64,000 bases of DNA, taken from assembly GCA_963654425.1 (NCBI GenBank), contig CAVKAR010000001.1, positions 888-64,887 of the forward strand, read 5' to 3'. Origin of the DNA: Lachnospiraceae bacterium. GTDB lineage: Bacteria; Bacillota_I; Bacilli_A; RFN20; CAG-826. Position 1 is the stretch's first letter; the number at the start of each line of letters is the position of its first letter. The notes under the pieces were generated by a model. That model searched no databases. It worked only from the letters and a program-made list of their open reading frames with translations, and was not told the origin of the DNA. This document shows, in pieces, positions 9,882 through 17,890 of this stretch. A program made the translations under genes and the position numbers.

Positions 9882-11432
9882 ATGAGAGGGAAAGGGCTAT
9901 ATAAAAAAATAATGCTCTTCCCTCTTTTCGTTTTTCTTTTGTCGAGCTGCTCGCTTCATTGGATAACCGATTCGACAAGCGAAAGCTCTTCTTCGATTGA
10001 AGGCGAAAAGAGCTTTCCGGCGACAATACGGGATATCGGCTTATCTAGCGGGGACCATTATCTTCCTTCGATTGGCGAGGCCAAGCTTTTGGTGATACCA
10101 GTCACTCTTACCGATTACGCCTCTAACGCAACAGAGGAGAATAGAAACAATCTTGAAAAGGCCTTTTTCGGGTCCAGCGAAGAGACCGGATGGGAGTCTG
10201 TTGCTTCTTTTTACGAGAAGTCATCATACGGCAAATCGCATTTAAGCGGCAGCGTCTCGTCATGGTTTCCTTGCGGTTATTCGACGAGCGAAATCGCTTC
10301 TCTCGGCGATAAATCATCGCCTGATTTCGATCCGACCTGGAAAATCGCCGAAGAGGCGGTCGATTGGTACAAGGATACCTACAAAACCGATTGCAGAGAC
10401 TTCGATTATGATGGCGATGGCTTTATTGACGGGCTTTGCCTCATCTATAGTGCGCCCGATTACAAAAAGAACGCCAGTTTGGATAAGTCTCTTTATTGGG
10501 CCTTCACCTATTCTCTTTATGAAACCGATGAAGGCGATTCGTCAAGCCCTTTGCCGTTCCGCTATATGTGGGCCAGCTTCGATTTTCTTTACGCGGGATA
10601 CGGTAGTGGCAGCGTCGATGCCCATACCTACATTCACGAAACGGGTCATTTGTATGGTTTAAGCGATTATTATGTCTCGAGCGTCAAGGAGAGCACGCCG
10701 AAGAATTATTCGCCGCTTGGCGGTGTCGATATGATGGATTGCAATATCATCGATCATAACGCTTTCTCGAAAATGATGCTCGGCTGGATTACGCCTCAAG
10801 TCGCCCATTCTGGCGGATCCTTCTCCTTGAACCCATACGAAAACGGCGGCGATTGCTTGATTATTCCGACGGATAAAGGCTGGAACAACACCATTTTCGA
10901 TGAATATATGCTCGTTGAATTTTACACTCCGACTTTTCTGAATGAAAAAGACAGCTTATCGGCATATCCTGGGAACGCTCGCCGCGTCAAAGGCTTCGGG
11001 AAAGCCGGAATCAGGATTTACCATATTGACGCGAGGCTCGCCGCTCTTTCTAGTAGCAGCAGCCCCTTTTACACCGATTACGTTTATAACTCTTCTAACG
11101 TCTCCACGTATTTAGCCCATAATAGCAGCAGCGGATATAACATCCTCGATCCCGAATATCGGCTTATCCAGCTGATGGATTGCACCGAGAAAAGGAATTT
11201 CGATATGGACTACAATCGGAAAGACGCCAGCTCAAAGCTTGCCTTGAAGGCATACGCTGATGACACCTCGCTCTTTTATCAAGGGGATTCGTTTTCTTTC
11301 TCCTCATACAAAGAAAGCTTCCCGAACTATCGTTATCGCGCTCAAGCGAAGATGAATAACGGCTACGAGTTTTCTAGGTCTATCGAAATAGCCTCCTTAT
11401 CGGATGATTTTGCTTCTATTACGATCGCTTAA
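9882..11432 (+). CDS. Lipoprotein, zinc-metalloprotease-like (M6/InhA-like motif)
   Basis: The signal peptide has a lipobox (KKIMLFPLFVFLLSSC). The HETGHLYGLSD motif fits HExxHxxGxxD. It starts 5 bp after the PIN gene. Confidence 0.6.
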   Translation: MRGKGLYKKIMLFPLFVFLLSSCSLHWITDSTSESSSSIEGEKSFPATIRDIGLSSGDHYLPSIGEAKLLVIPVTLTDYASNATEENRNNLEKAFFGSSEETGWESVASFYEKSSYGKSHLSGSVSSWFPCGYSTSEIASLGDKSSPDFDPTWKIAEEAVDWYKDTYKTDCRDFDYDGDGFIDGLCLIYSAPDYKKNASLDKSLYWAFTYSLYETDEGDSSSPLPFRYMWASFDFLYAGYGSGSVDAHTYIHETGHLYGLSDYYVSSVKESTPKNYSPLGGVDMMDCNIIDHNAFSKMMLGWITPQVAHSGGSFSLNPYENGGDCLIIPTDKGWNNTIFDEYMLVEFYTPTFLNEKDSLSAYPGNARRVKGFGKAGIRIYHIDARLAALSSSSSPFYTDYVYNSSNVSTYLAHNSSSGYNILDPEYRLIQLMDCTEKRNFDMDYNRKDASSKLALKAYADDTSLFYQGDSFSFSSYKESFPNYRYRAQAKMNNGYEFSRSIEIASLSDDFASITIA

Positions 11433-11460
11433 GTTACCATCTTGCTTTTCGCTTATTGTC

Positions 11461-11489
11461 TTGAAACGACCTACGCTTGTGAGTAATAT
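11461..11489 (+). promoter_or_regulatory. Putative sigma-A promoter
   Basis: TTGAAA (11461-11466), a 17-nt spacer, then TAATAT (11484-11489). Confidence 0.5.
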
Positions 11490-11519
11490 TATTTCGTTTC
11501 ACGAAAAGGACGTATTTTT

Positions 11520-11999
11520 ATGAAAAAGAAATTGAATCTATTTGCGACATTCGGCTTTGCCTCCATGTTCTTTACTCTTGTCGCTTTCCTCTTCCCGATC
11601 GGCACCGGGATAATCTGGACGACAGAGAGCGCGGGCAGCGTTTATAACTGCGGCTATGACTTCGTTTTTGGGAACGATGCCAGCCAAATCGAATCAAACG
11701 GGTTCTTCATCGCCGTGTTCGTTCTCCTTATCATCGCAGCCGTCTTCCAGATTCTCGGCACCGTCTTCACCTTGCCTAATCCAGACGCCAGTCATAAATT
11801 CTCCGGCTTCCTCCACTTGGTTTCCGGTTTATCGCTCATTGTCGTAACCTTGTTCTTCTTCTTGGGCGCGATTTTGACTGAGACGCCAAACGATACTTAT
11901 GTAGCCTCTTTAGGATATGGCTTCATCGTTGCCGGGGTTGGAGCCGCGCTCAGCGCTCTTTCTTCTCTTTATTGCTTCGCATCGACTCTTAAGAAATAA
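11520..11999 (+). CDS. Hypothetical membrane protein (about 4 TM)
   Basis: The hydrophobic profile suggests about 4 TM helices. It has its own promoter and terminator. Confidence 0.6.
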   Translation: MKKKLNLFATFGFASMFFTLVAFLFPIGTGIIWTTESAGSVYNCGYDFVFGNDASQIESNGFFIAVFVLLIIAAVFQILGTVFTLPNPDASHKFSGFLHLVSGLSLIVVTLFFFLGAILTETPNDTYVASLGYGFIVAGVGAALSALSSLYCFASTLKK

Positions 12000-12018
12000 G
12001 ATAGCCATTATGCTTTAT

Positions 12019-12041
12019 AGCCGTGCGAGTCACGGCTTTTT
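12019..12041 (+). terminator. Rho-independent terminator
   Basis: AGCCGTG-cgagt-CACGGCT is followed by TTTTA. Confidence 0.8.
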
Positions 12042-12073
12042 ATATACCTTATATATTTATAGAGCTTAACCAT

Positions 12074-12538
12074 ATGGAAAAAACGAATGTGATGCGTCTG
12101 CTGGATGTTCACAAAATCGAATATGCTGCCCATGAATACGATGAAAATATCGTTGACGGGAAAGGGGTCGCCTCAATTTTAAGAGAAGACCCTGAGTGCG
12201 TTTTCAAAAGCCTGGTTTGCATGGATGAGCGGCATAATCTCTTTATGTTTGTCGTTCCTGTCGTAGGAGAGCTCAACCTCAAAAAAGCCGCCAAAGCGGC
12301 AGGAAGCAAAAGCATCGCGATGATAAAGTCGAAAGACTTATTGCCTTTGACTGGCTATATACATGGCGGATGCAGCCCTATAGGGCTAAAAAAACCTATG
12401 CCTATCTTCATAGATGAGACGGCGCAGATATTCGACACGATATTCGTTTCTGGCGGAAAGAGAGGATATCAAATAGAGTTATCGCCATTAGCCTTGAGGG
12501 ACTTCGTAAAGGCAACATTCGCCCCATTGACCGATTAG
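12074..12538 (+). CDS. ybaK: Cys-tRNA(Pro)/Cys-tRNA(Cys) deacylase, YbaK/EbsC family
   Basis: MEKTNVMRLLDVHKIEY… and GGCSPIG are typical of YbaK. The ORF-track start at 12023 lies inside the upstream terminator, so the ATG at 12074 is preferred. Confidence 0.8.
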   Translation: MEKTNVMRLLDVHKIEYAAHEYDENIVDGKGVASILREDPECVFKSLVCMDERHNLFMFVVPVVGELNLKKAAKAAGSKSIAMIKSKDLLPLTGYIHGGCSPIGLKKPMPIFIDETAQIFDTIFVSGGKRGYQIELSPLALRDFVKATFAPLTD

Positions 12539-12587
12539 ATTCGCAAAAAGCAATTTTTGCTCCTAGTTGATAGTGAGGAGAGAAAAA

Positions 12588-12914
12588 ATGAACGACCCAC
12601 TGAACAGTTTCCTTTCTTACTACCAAAGCCTGCTTGATTCCGCCTTGGATCCATATAGGAGAGAGATAGGCGGATCTTATTGCGATCGAGAGATAGGCGA
12701 TAAGGCAGCCGCGGCTTTTTGTAGGGCCAATAACGTATCGAAAAGAGGCGCGAGCGAGGAGGATATGCGTAATATATCGCTAAATTTGCTCGAGGATACG
12801 AACAAAAGCCTGTCGAAGTTATTTCTGCAAGGCGAAAAAGAATATTCCTACATGCCAGATTTGCGTTGCTATAAAAACGATGTTAGCAACAAATTACATG
12901 AATTAACATGCTAA
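12588..12914 (+). CDS. Hypothetical protein (108 aa)
   Basis: GAGGAG RBS lies before the ATG at 12588. No motif was recognised. Its 3' two-thirds lie inside the tandem duplication. Confidence 0.45.
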   Translation: MNDPLNSFLSYYQSLLDSALDPYRREIGGSYCDREIGDKAAAAFCRANNVSKRGASEEDMRNISLNLLEDTNKSLSKLFLQGEKEYSYMPDLRCYKNDVSNKLHELTC

Positions 12915-12954
12915 AATGCTGATGTTTCCTAACTAAAATATTAAATTGTAAAAC

Positions 12955-13027
12955 TTAGCACTCAAATGTTGACAGTGCCAAAAAACAAGGTATCATATCC
13001 TTAGCACTCAAAGATAAGGAGTGCCAA
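12955..13027 (+). promoter_or_regulatory. hsp20 control region, copy 1: two CIRCE-like operators bracketing a promoter
   Basis: The first operator is TTAGCACTC-N9-cAGTGCcAA (12955-12981). The promoter is TTGACA (12969-12974), a 16-nt spacer, then TATCAT (12991-12996). The second operator is TTAGCACTC-N9-GAGTGCcAA (13001-13027). Confidence 0.7.
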
Positions 13028-13044
13028 TAACGGAGGATGCAGTT

Positions 13045-13227
13045 ATGTACGATTTGAAAAATAGAAACAACCCGCTCGAGAGAGCTTTGTTCGATGACTG
13101 GTTCAGGGTGGATGACAATAAGAGCCTTCAAATGAGAACCGATATCAAAGAGGATGGCGATAATTACTTGCTTGAAGTAGAGCTTCCTGGGATTGATAAA
13201 AAAGAAGGCAGCCGCGGCTTTTTGTAG
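13045..13227 (+). pseudogene. Truncated hsp20 copy (first 53 codons) fused out of frame at the duplication junction (…GIDKK-EGSRGFL*)
   Basis: It is identical to the 5' end of the gene at 13548. The alpha-crystallin domain is missing. Confidence 0.7.
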
Positions 13228-13417
13228 GGCCAATAACGTATCGAAAAGAGGCGCGAGCGAGGAGGATATGCGTAATATATCGCTAAATTTGCTCGAGGAT
13301 ACGAACAAAAGCCTGTCGAAGTTATTTCTGCAAGGCGAAAAAGAATATTCCTACATGCCAGATTTGCGTTGCTATAAAAACGATGTTAGCAACAAATTAC
13401 ATGAATTAACATGCTAA
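13205..13417 (+). pseudogene. Duplicated 5'-truncated 3' part of ORF 12588-12914
   Basis: It is identical to 12702-12914. It has no proper start of its own. Confidence 0.6.
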
Positions 13418-13457
13418 AATGCTGATGTTTCCTAACTAAAATATTAAATTGTAAAAC

Positions 13458-13530
13458 TTAGCACTCAAATGTTGACAGTGCCAAAAAACAAGGTATCATA
13501 TCCTTAGCACTCAAAGATAAGGAGTGCCAA
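13458..13530 (+). promoter_or_regulatory. hsp20 control region, copy 2: CIRCE, promoter, CIRCE
   Basis: The elements are the same as in copy 1, shifted by 503 bp. The -35 is at 13472-13477 and the -10 at 13494-13499. Confidence 0.75.
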
Positions 13531-13547
13531 TAACGGAGGATGCAGTT

Positions 13548-13970
13548 ATGTACGATTTGAAAAATAGAAACAACCCGCTCGAGAGAGCTTTGTTCGATGA
13601 CTGGTTCAGGGTGGATGACAATAAGAGCCTTCAAATGAGAACCGATATCAAAGAGGATGGCGATAATTACTTGCTTGAAGTAGAGCTTCCTGGGATTGAT
13701 AAAAAAGACGTCGATGTCTCGCTTGAGAATGGCTATTTGACCATCAAAGCCACTGTCCATAATAACTTCAACAACAGCGAAGAGGATAAACAAACCAAGA
13801 AGTTCATCCATAGAGAACGCTTCTATGGCGTCTCTTCAAGAAGCTATTATGTCGGCGACGTCGACAAAAAGACCATCAATGCCTCTTTGGAGAACGGCAT
13901 TCTGAGCGTGAGATTCCCGAAAGAGAATCCGGAAAAAGCCGAGGAAGATCGCCGCATCGAAATCAAATAA
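13548..13970 (+). CDS. hsp20: Small heat-shock protein, Hsp20/alpha-crystallin family
   Basis: DIKEDGDNYLLEVELPGIDKKDVDVSLENGYLTIKA … ASLENGILSVRFPK are typical ACD strands. GGAGGA lies 7 nt before the ATG at 13548. Confidence 0.9.
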   Translation: MYDLKNRNNPLERALFDDWFRVDDNKSLQMRTDIKEDGDNYLLEVELPGIDKKDVDVSLENGYLTIKATVHNNFNNSEEDKQTKKFIHRERFYGVSSRSYYVGDVDKKTINASLENGILSVRFPKENPEKAEEDRRIEIK

Positions 13971-13981
13971 GGCTGACGAAA

Positions 13982-14014
13982 AGGGCGAACCCATAAATAG
14001 GGTCCGCTCTTTTT
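13982..14014. terminator. Hairpin plus T-run between the convergent hsp20 and peptidase genes
   Basis: GCGAACCC-ataaata-GGGTCCGC (1 mismatch) is followed by TCTTTTT. Confidence 0.55.
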
Positions 14015-15200
14015 ATTTAGCCAAAATCGGAATTATTTTCTCTTGCCTGCCGGCTACAACGAGAGGTTTGTTGTTTTTGATGTAGACGTTTGTTTCGCTT
14101 CTCATTCCAAAATCAGGGGCGTAGATGCCTGGTTCCAAAGAGAAACAGACGCCTTCAATTATCGATCTATCGTCATGCGACTCGTAATTGTCCATGTTGA
14201 CGCCGGCGCCGTGCGGGCCAACATCAACCGCGATGCTGTGGCCTAATCGATGCGTATAGTATTTTCCATACCCCGTTTTGTCGATATAGTCGCGCGATAC
14301 ATCATCCACCTCATATCCTTTGACAAGGCGTTTACCCATTTCCGCATTCAAGAATTCCAGGCAGAGATCGATATCTTTTTTGAGAATGGCAAAACGGTTT
14401 TCGTAAATCATGGGGACGCTTTCGCCAACATACCCCATCCATGTGATATCGGCATAAACACCGGCCTCATCGTCCATCTTCGCCCACATATCAATCAAGA
14501 CGAGGTCGCCTTTTCTGATTGACGAATGAATCTCTTTTGTAGGCCCATAATGCGGGTTCGAGGCGTTTTTGCCAATCGCCACAATCGGCTCATCGTCATA
14601 AACCATGCCTTCTTCGTGGAAGCGGCGGCAGATGAATTGTTGGATTTCATACTCGTCGGTCTTTCCATTGCTATTAATCAGCTCTTTTATTTTCGCAAAT
14701 GCCTCATCTTTGATACGGAGAGCCAAAGCATCGGCTTTTTGTTGAAGCTCATATGACCTTTCGGAATAAACAGCAGTGATGCTTTGGAGCAAATCGGCGC
14801 TTGAATCGATATTGATGCCAAGGCTTTTGATAAAGGAGACGGAGCCATAATCGGCGTTGCTCACGCGAGGCAATAAGCCGTTTTCCGATACATCCATCAA
14901 AACGCTGCGATACTGGCTGAATAAGGATTTCTCCAAATCGAGCATCTCTTGCCAGGTGTGATATACGTGCAAATCGAATCGTTTGGATGTTTGCTCGTCT
15001 TTTAAGAAAACGGTATCGATGGAATGGCAAATGAGATACGGTTTCCCTTCTTTTGGGATAATCAGAAATATCTTCCTTGTCAGCATTTTGTTTCCGAGCA
15101 TCGATACGAGGGCTTTGTTTTTGTTTTCGTAATCGACGATGATCCAAGCGTCCTCGTTCATCCTCTTTATGTCTTTTTGTATTTCGCTTATCTCTTTCAT
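14013..15200 (-). CDS. Xaa-Pro aminopeptidase/dipeptidase, M24B family
   Basis: It has HRLGHSIAVDVGPHG, SLEPGIY and ETNVYI, the metal-ligand regions of M24. The ATG at 15200 has a GGAG RBS. The ORF track extends to 15227. Confidence 0.85.
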   Translation of the reverse strand: MKEISEIQKDIKRMNEDAWIIVDYENKNKALVSMLGNKMLTRKIFLIIPKEGKPYLICHSIDTVFLKDEQTSKRFDLHVYHTWQEMLDLEKSLFSQYRSVLMDVSENGLLPRVSNADYGSVSFIKSLGINIDSSADLLQSITAVYSERSYELQQKADALALRIKDEAFAKIKELINSNGKTDEYEIQQFICRRFHEEGMVYDDEPIVAIGKNASNPHYGPTKEIHSSIRKGDLVLIDMWAKMDDEAGVYADITWMGYVGESVPMIYENRFAILKKDIDLCLEFLNAEMGKRLVKGYEVDDVSRDYIDKTGYGKYYTHRLGHSIAVDVGPHGAGVNMDNYESHDDRSIIEGVCFSLEPGIYAPDFGMRSETNVYIKNNKPLVVAGRQEKIIPILAK

Positions 15201-15258
15201 AAGAAATCTCCGCCGATATTTTTTCACTATTTCATAAGGTTTCCACTAAAATGATTCC

Positions 15259-16977
15259 ATGCAAAAAATAGATCGTGCCAATACCCCTAATCCGTATTTT
15301 TCGAGAAACGATACCTATTCCCTTAACGGGGAATGGGAATTCAAAAAAGATCAGACGAGCTCAATACCCAATGAATTCGATAGAGTGATCAAAGTCCCTT
15401 TCGCCGTCGAGACGAAAGAGAGCGGAATCGGGGAAATGGTGAAGAAGGGCGACTTCCTTCATTACCGCCTTTCCCTGAAATACCCCAAGGAGATTATCGG
15501 AAAGAGAATCAGGATTGTTTTCCTTGCGGTTGATCAAGTGGCTGACGTTTACTTCAATGGCGCTTTGCTAACGCATCATGAAGGCGGGTATTTGCCGTTT
15601 TCCCTAGTGATTGATGAAGCAAAAATCGGTGACGTAATCGATTTGACCGTGACCGATGATGTTGATTCCTCTCTTTATCCTAAAGGTAAGCAAACGAGCC
15701 ATCCGCATGGCATGTTCTACCAGCCTACAAGCGGAATTTGGAGCGATGTTTATTTGGAAATCCTGCCAAAAGGCGGCTATATTTCCGGATTTTCACTAAA
15801 AACATCATTCGAAGAGAAAAGAATAAGCGTTGATGATCTTTCTTTTATGGGCGATAAAAAAGAAAACGTTTCCGCAAAACTCTTCTTCGCTGGGCGCTTA
15901 ATAAAAGAGGCTGAAGGCAAGATTGAGTTTGATTTGGATGACGACTTCCATCCTTGGTCGCCAAGCGATCCGAACCTGTATGAGCTTGAGCTCTGCTACG
16001 GAAGCGATGCTGTCTCTTGCTCTTTCGGCATCAGGAAATTTGAAGTCAAAAGTGACAAGGGGATTAAATTATTCTATTTAAACGATAAGCCGATTTATCT
16101 AAGCGGCCTTTTGGACCAAGGATATTATTCCCCCTCCTCTGGTCTTACTCCGCTTAACGAAGAGAGCCTTGCAAAAGAACTGCGTTACATAAAAGAGGCC
16201 GGTTTCAATTTCTTGCGGAAGCATATCAAAGTGGAAAGCCCTCGTTGGTATCACCTTTGCGATAAGCTCGGCATCATCGTGATGCAGGATTTTGTTTCCG
16301 GATGGGACAAATACATGTATTTCTATTTGACGGTTTTCCCTACGATTGGATTCATCAAAGGCAGGAAAAACCAAAACCACAACCGCAAAAACAAGGCCTC
16401 AGCCGCTTTCTTTGAGAAGGAAATGCCGCTTTACGTCGATAACTTCAAAAACGTCACATCAGTCTGCTTATGGTGCTTGTTCAATGAAGGGTGGGGGCAA
16501 TACGATGCGACTAGACTAAGCGAAAAACTTCGTTCTCTTGACCCGAGCAGGCCTATTGATTCGACTTCAGGCTGGTTTGATGAAAAAGCCGGAGATATTG
16601 AAAGCAGGCATGTATATTTCCGAAAGCCAAGATTGAAAAACAAAGGCGACCGCGTTCTTTTCCTGAGCGAATTCGGCGGATACGTTTATAAAGTCGAGGG
16701 GCATTCTTACGAAGGGAAAACCTATGGCTACAAGACGCTTTCAAGCAAGGACGAACTCCTCTCTTGGCTTAAGAGAGCGTATTTAGATTGGCTGGTGCCC
16801 CTTATCAAAAAAGAAGGACTATGCGGGAGCGTTTATACGCAATTAAGCGACGTCGAAGGCGAGCTAAATGGCTTAATCACTTATGACAGAGTCGTGAACA
16901 AACTGCCTTCTGAGGCTCTTCGCGAGATAAACGAAGCTATATACAAAGCTTTCGAAGAGGCAAGGGGAGAAAAATAA
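15259..16977 (+). CDS. Glycoside hydrolase family 2 protein
   Basis: The N-terminal sugar-binding domain is followed by a TIM barrel. The acid/base motif is WCLFNEGWGQ and the nucleophile region is LSEFGGY. Confidence 0.8.
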   Translation: MQKIDRANTPNPYFSRNDTYSLNGEWEFKKDQTSSIPNEFDRVIKVPFAVETKESGIGEMVKKGDFLHYRLSLKYPKEIIGKRIRIVFLAVDQVADVYFNGALLTHHEGGYLPFSLVIDEAKIGDVIDLTVTDDVDSSLYPKGKQTSHPHGMFYQPTSGIWSDVYLEILPKGGYISGFSLKTSFEEKRISVDDLSFMGDKKENVSAKLFFAGRLIKEAEGKIEFDLDDDFHPWSPSDPNLYELELCYGSDAVSCSFGIRKFEVKSDKGIKLFYLNDKPIYLSGLLDQGYYSPSSGLTPLNEESLAKELRYIKEAGFNFLRKHIKVESPRWYHLCDKLGIIVMQDFVSGWDKYMYFYLTVFPTIGFIKGRKNQNHNRKNKASAAFFEKEMPLYVDNFKNVTSVCLWCLFNEGWGQYDATRLSEKLRSLDPSRPIDSTSGWFDEKAGDIESRHVYFRKPRLKNKGDRVLFLSEFGGYVYKVEGHSYEGKTYGYKTLSSKDELLSWLKRAYLDWLVPLIKKEGLCGSVYTQLSDVEGELNGLITYDRVVNKLPSEALREINEAIYKAFEEARGEK

Positions 16978-17020
16978 CTTCTTTCTCGAAAAGAAAAAGA
17001 AAAACAATATAATTCTTCGC

Positions 17021-17809
17021 ATGGCCAAAGATATCCGCATCGCTTTCTTCGATATTGATTGGACTCTCTATGATCATAATGGCAAAAGATGGTCGGAGCC
17101 TTCGCTTGAGGCGATAAAAAAGCTCCGCTCCAAAGGCATTAAAATCTTCATTTGCAGCGCCCGTCCCTTCAATTCGATGGATGTTTTCGGCGTTTTCTCT
17201 TTGGGAATAGAGTGGGATGGCTATATTTCTAGCGCTGGCGCTTGCGCGTTTGTGGAAGGCAAATTCATCCGCAAGACTCTGATAGAGCCTAAACGCGTGA
17301 ACGATTTTCTCCTTTTGGCGGAAAAACGCGGATTGACGGCGGAAATCGTAAGTCCGTTAACCCGTAAGCTGGCATTTCCCACGAATGAGATATCGGACGA
17401 ATATTACGCCCATTTCGTTGAGTGCGTCCCTAGCATCGCCCCTTATGAAAACGAAGAGGTCACAGGTCTCAATCTATTTTCGCACGAGAATGAAGATGAG
17501 CTTTTCAAACGCGAGTTTCCCGATTTCGTTTTTTACCGTTACGCCCCTTTTGCTGTCGATGTATCTGGGGAAGTCCATCAAAAAGGGGATGCGATTGAAG
17601 CCGTTTTAGCCTATTACGGGTTTACGAAAGAGGAAGGCATCGGATTTGGCGATGATTATCAAGATATCTCCATGGCTGAGCATCTAGGAAGGTTCGTCGC
17701 GATGGGTAACGGGAAAGAGGAAGTTAAGCAGATCGCGACTTTCGTTGCTCCAAACGTTTCCGAAGATGGCGTCTATTGGGGCCTTAAGCATTACGGGCTT
17801 GCCGATTGA
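17021..17809 (+). CDS. Cof-type HAD-IIB phosphatase
   Basis: It has the FFDIDWTLYD (DxD) and GFGDDYQD motifs. Confidence 0.8.
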   Translation: MAKDIRIAFFDIDWTLYDHNGKRWSEPSLEAIKKLRSKGIKIFICSARPFNSMDVFGVFSLGIEWDGYISSAGACAFVEGKFIRKTLIEPKRVNDFLLLAEKRGLTAEIVSPLTRKLAFPTNEISDEYYAHFVECVPSIAPYENEEVTGLNLFSHENEDELFKREFPDFVFYRYAPFAVDVSGEVHQKGDAIEAVLAYYGFTKEEGIGFGDDYQDISMAEHLGRFVAMGNGKEEVKQIATFVAPNVSEDGVYWGLKHYGLAD

Positions 17810-17890
17810 AGCCTGATTATCGCTCTTGAGGCATAAAAAAGAATATGTTCTTTTTTTCTTAGTCGCAGTGAGTATCATTATCCATACGTT

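Larger units (their letters stand above)
12702..13707. repeat. Perfect head-to-tail tandem duplication, 2 x 503 bp (12702-13204 and 13205-13707)
   Basis: A base-by-base comparison of the two stretches found no differences. The ORF track shows the duplicated peptides on both strands. Confidence 0.9.

Noticed and set aside
12023-12073. N-terminal extensions in the ORF track from TTG/GTG or upstream ATG starts (ybaK 12023, hsp20 13524, secA 42458, secG 53267, pfk 55177, the YfhO-like gene 28290, GT2 49883, dnaX 37565, clpB 156)
   Set aside because: The extensions run through terminators, -10 boxes or CIRCE elements and lack an RBS. Downstream ATGs with SD sites, or with canonical family N-termini, fit better.
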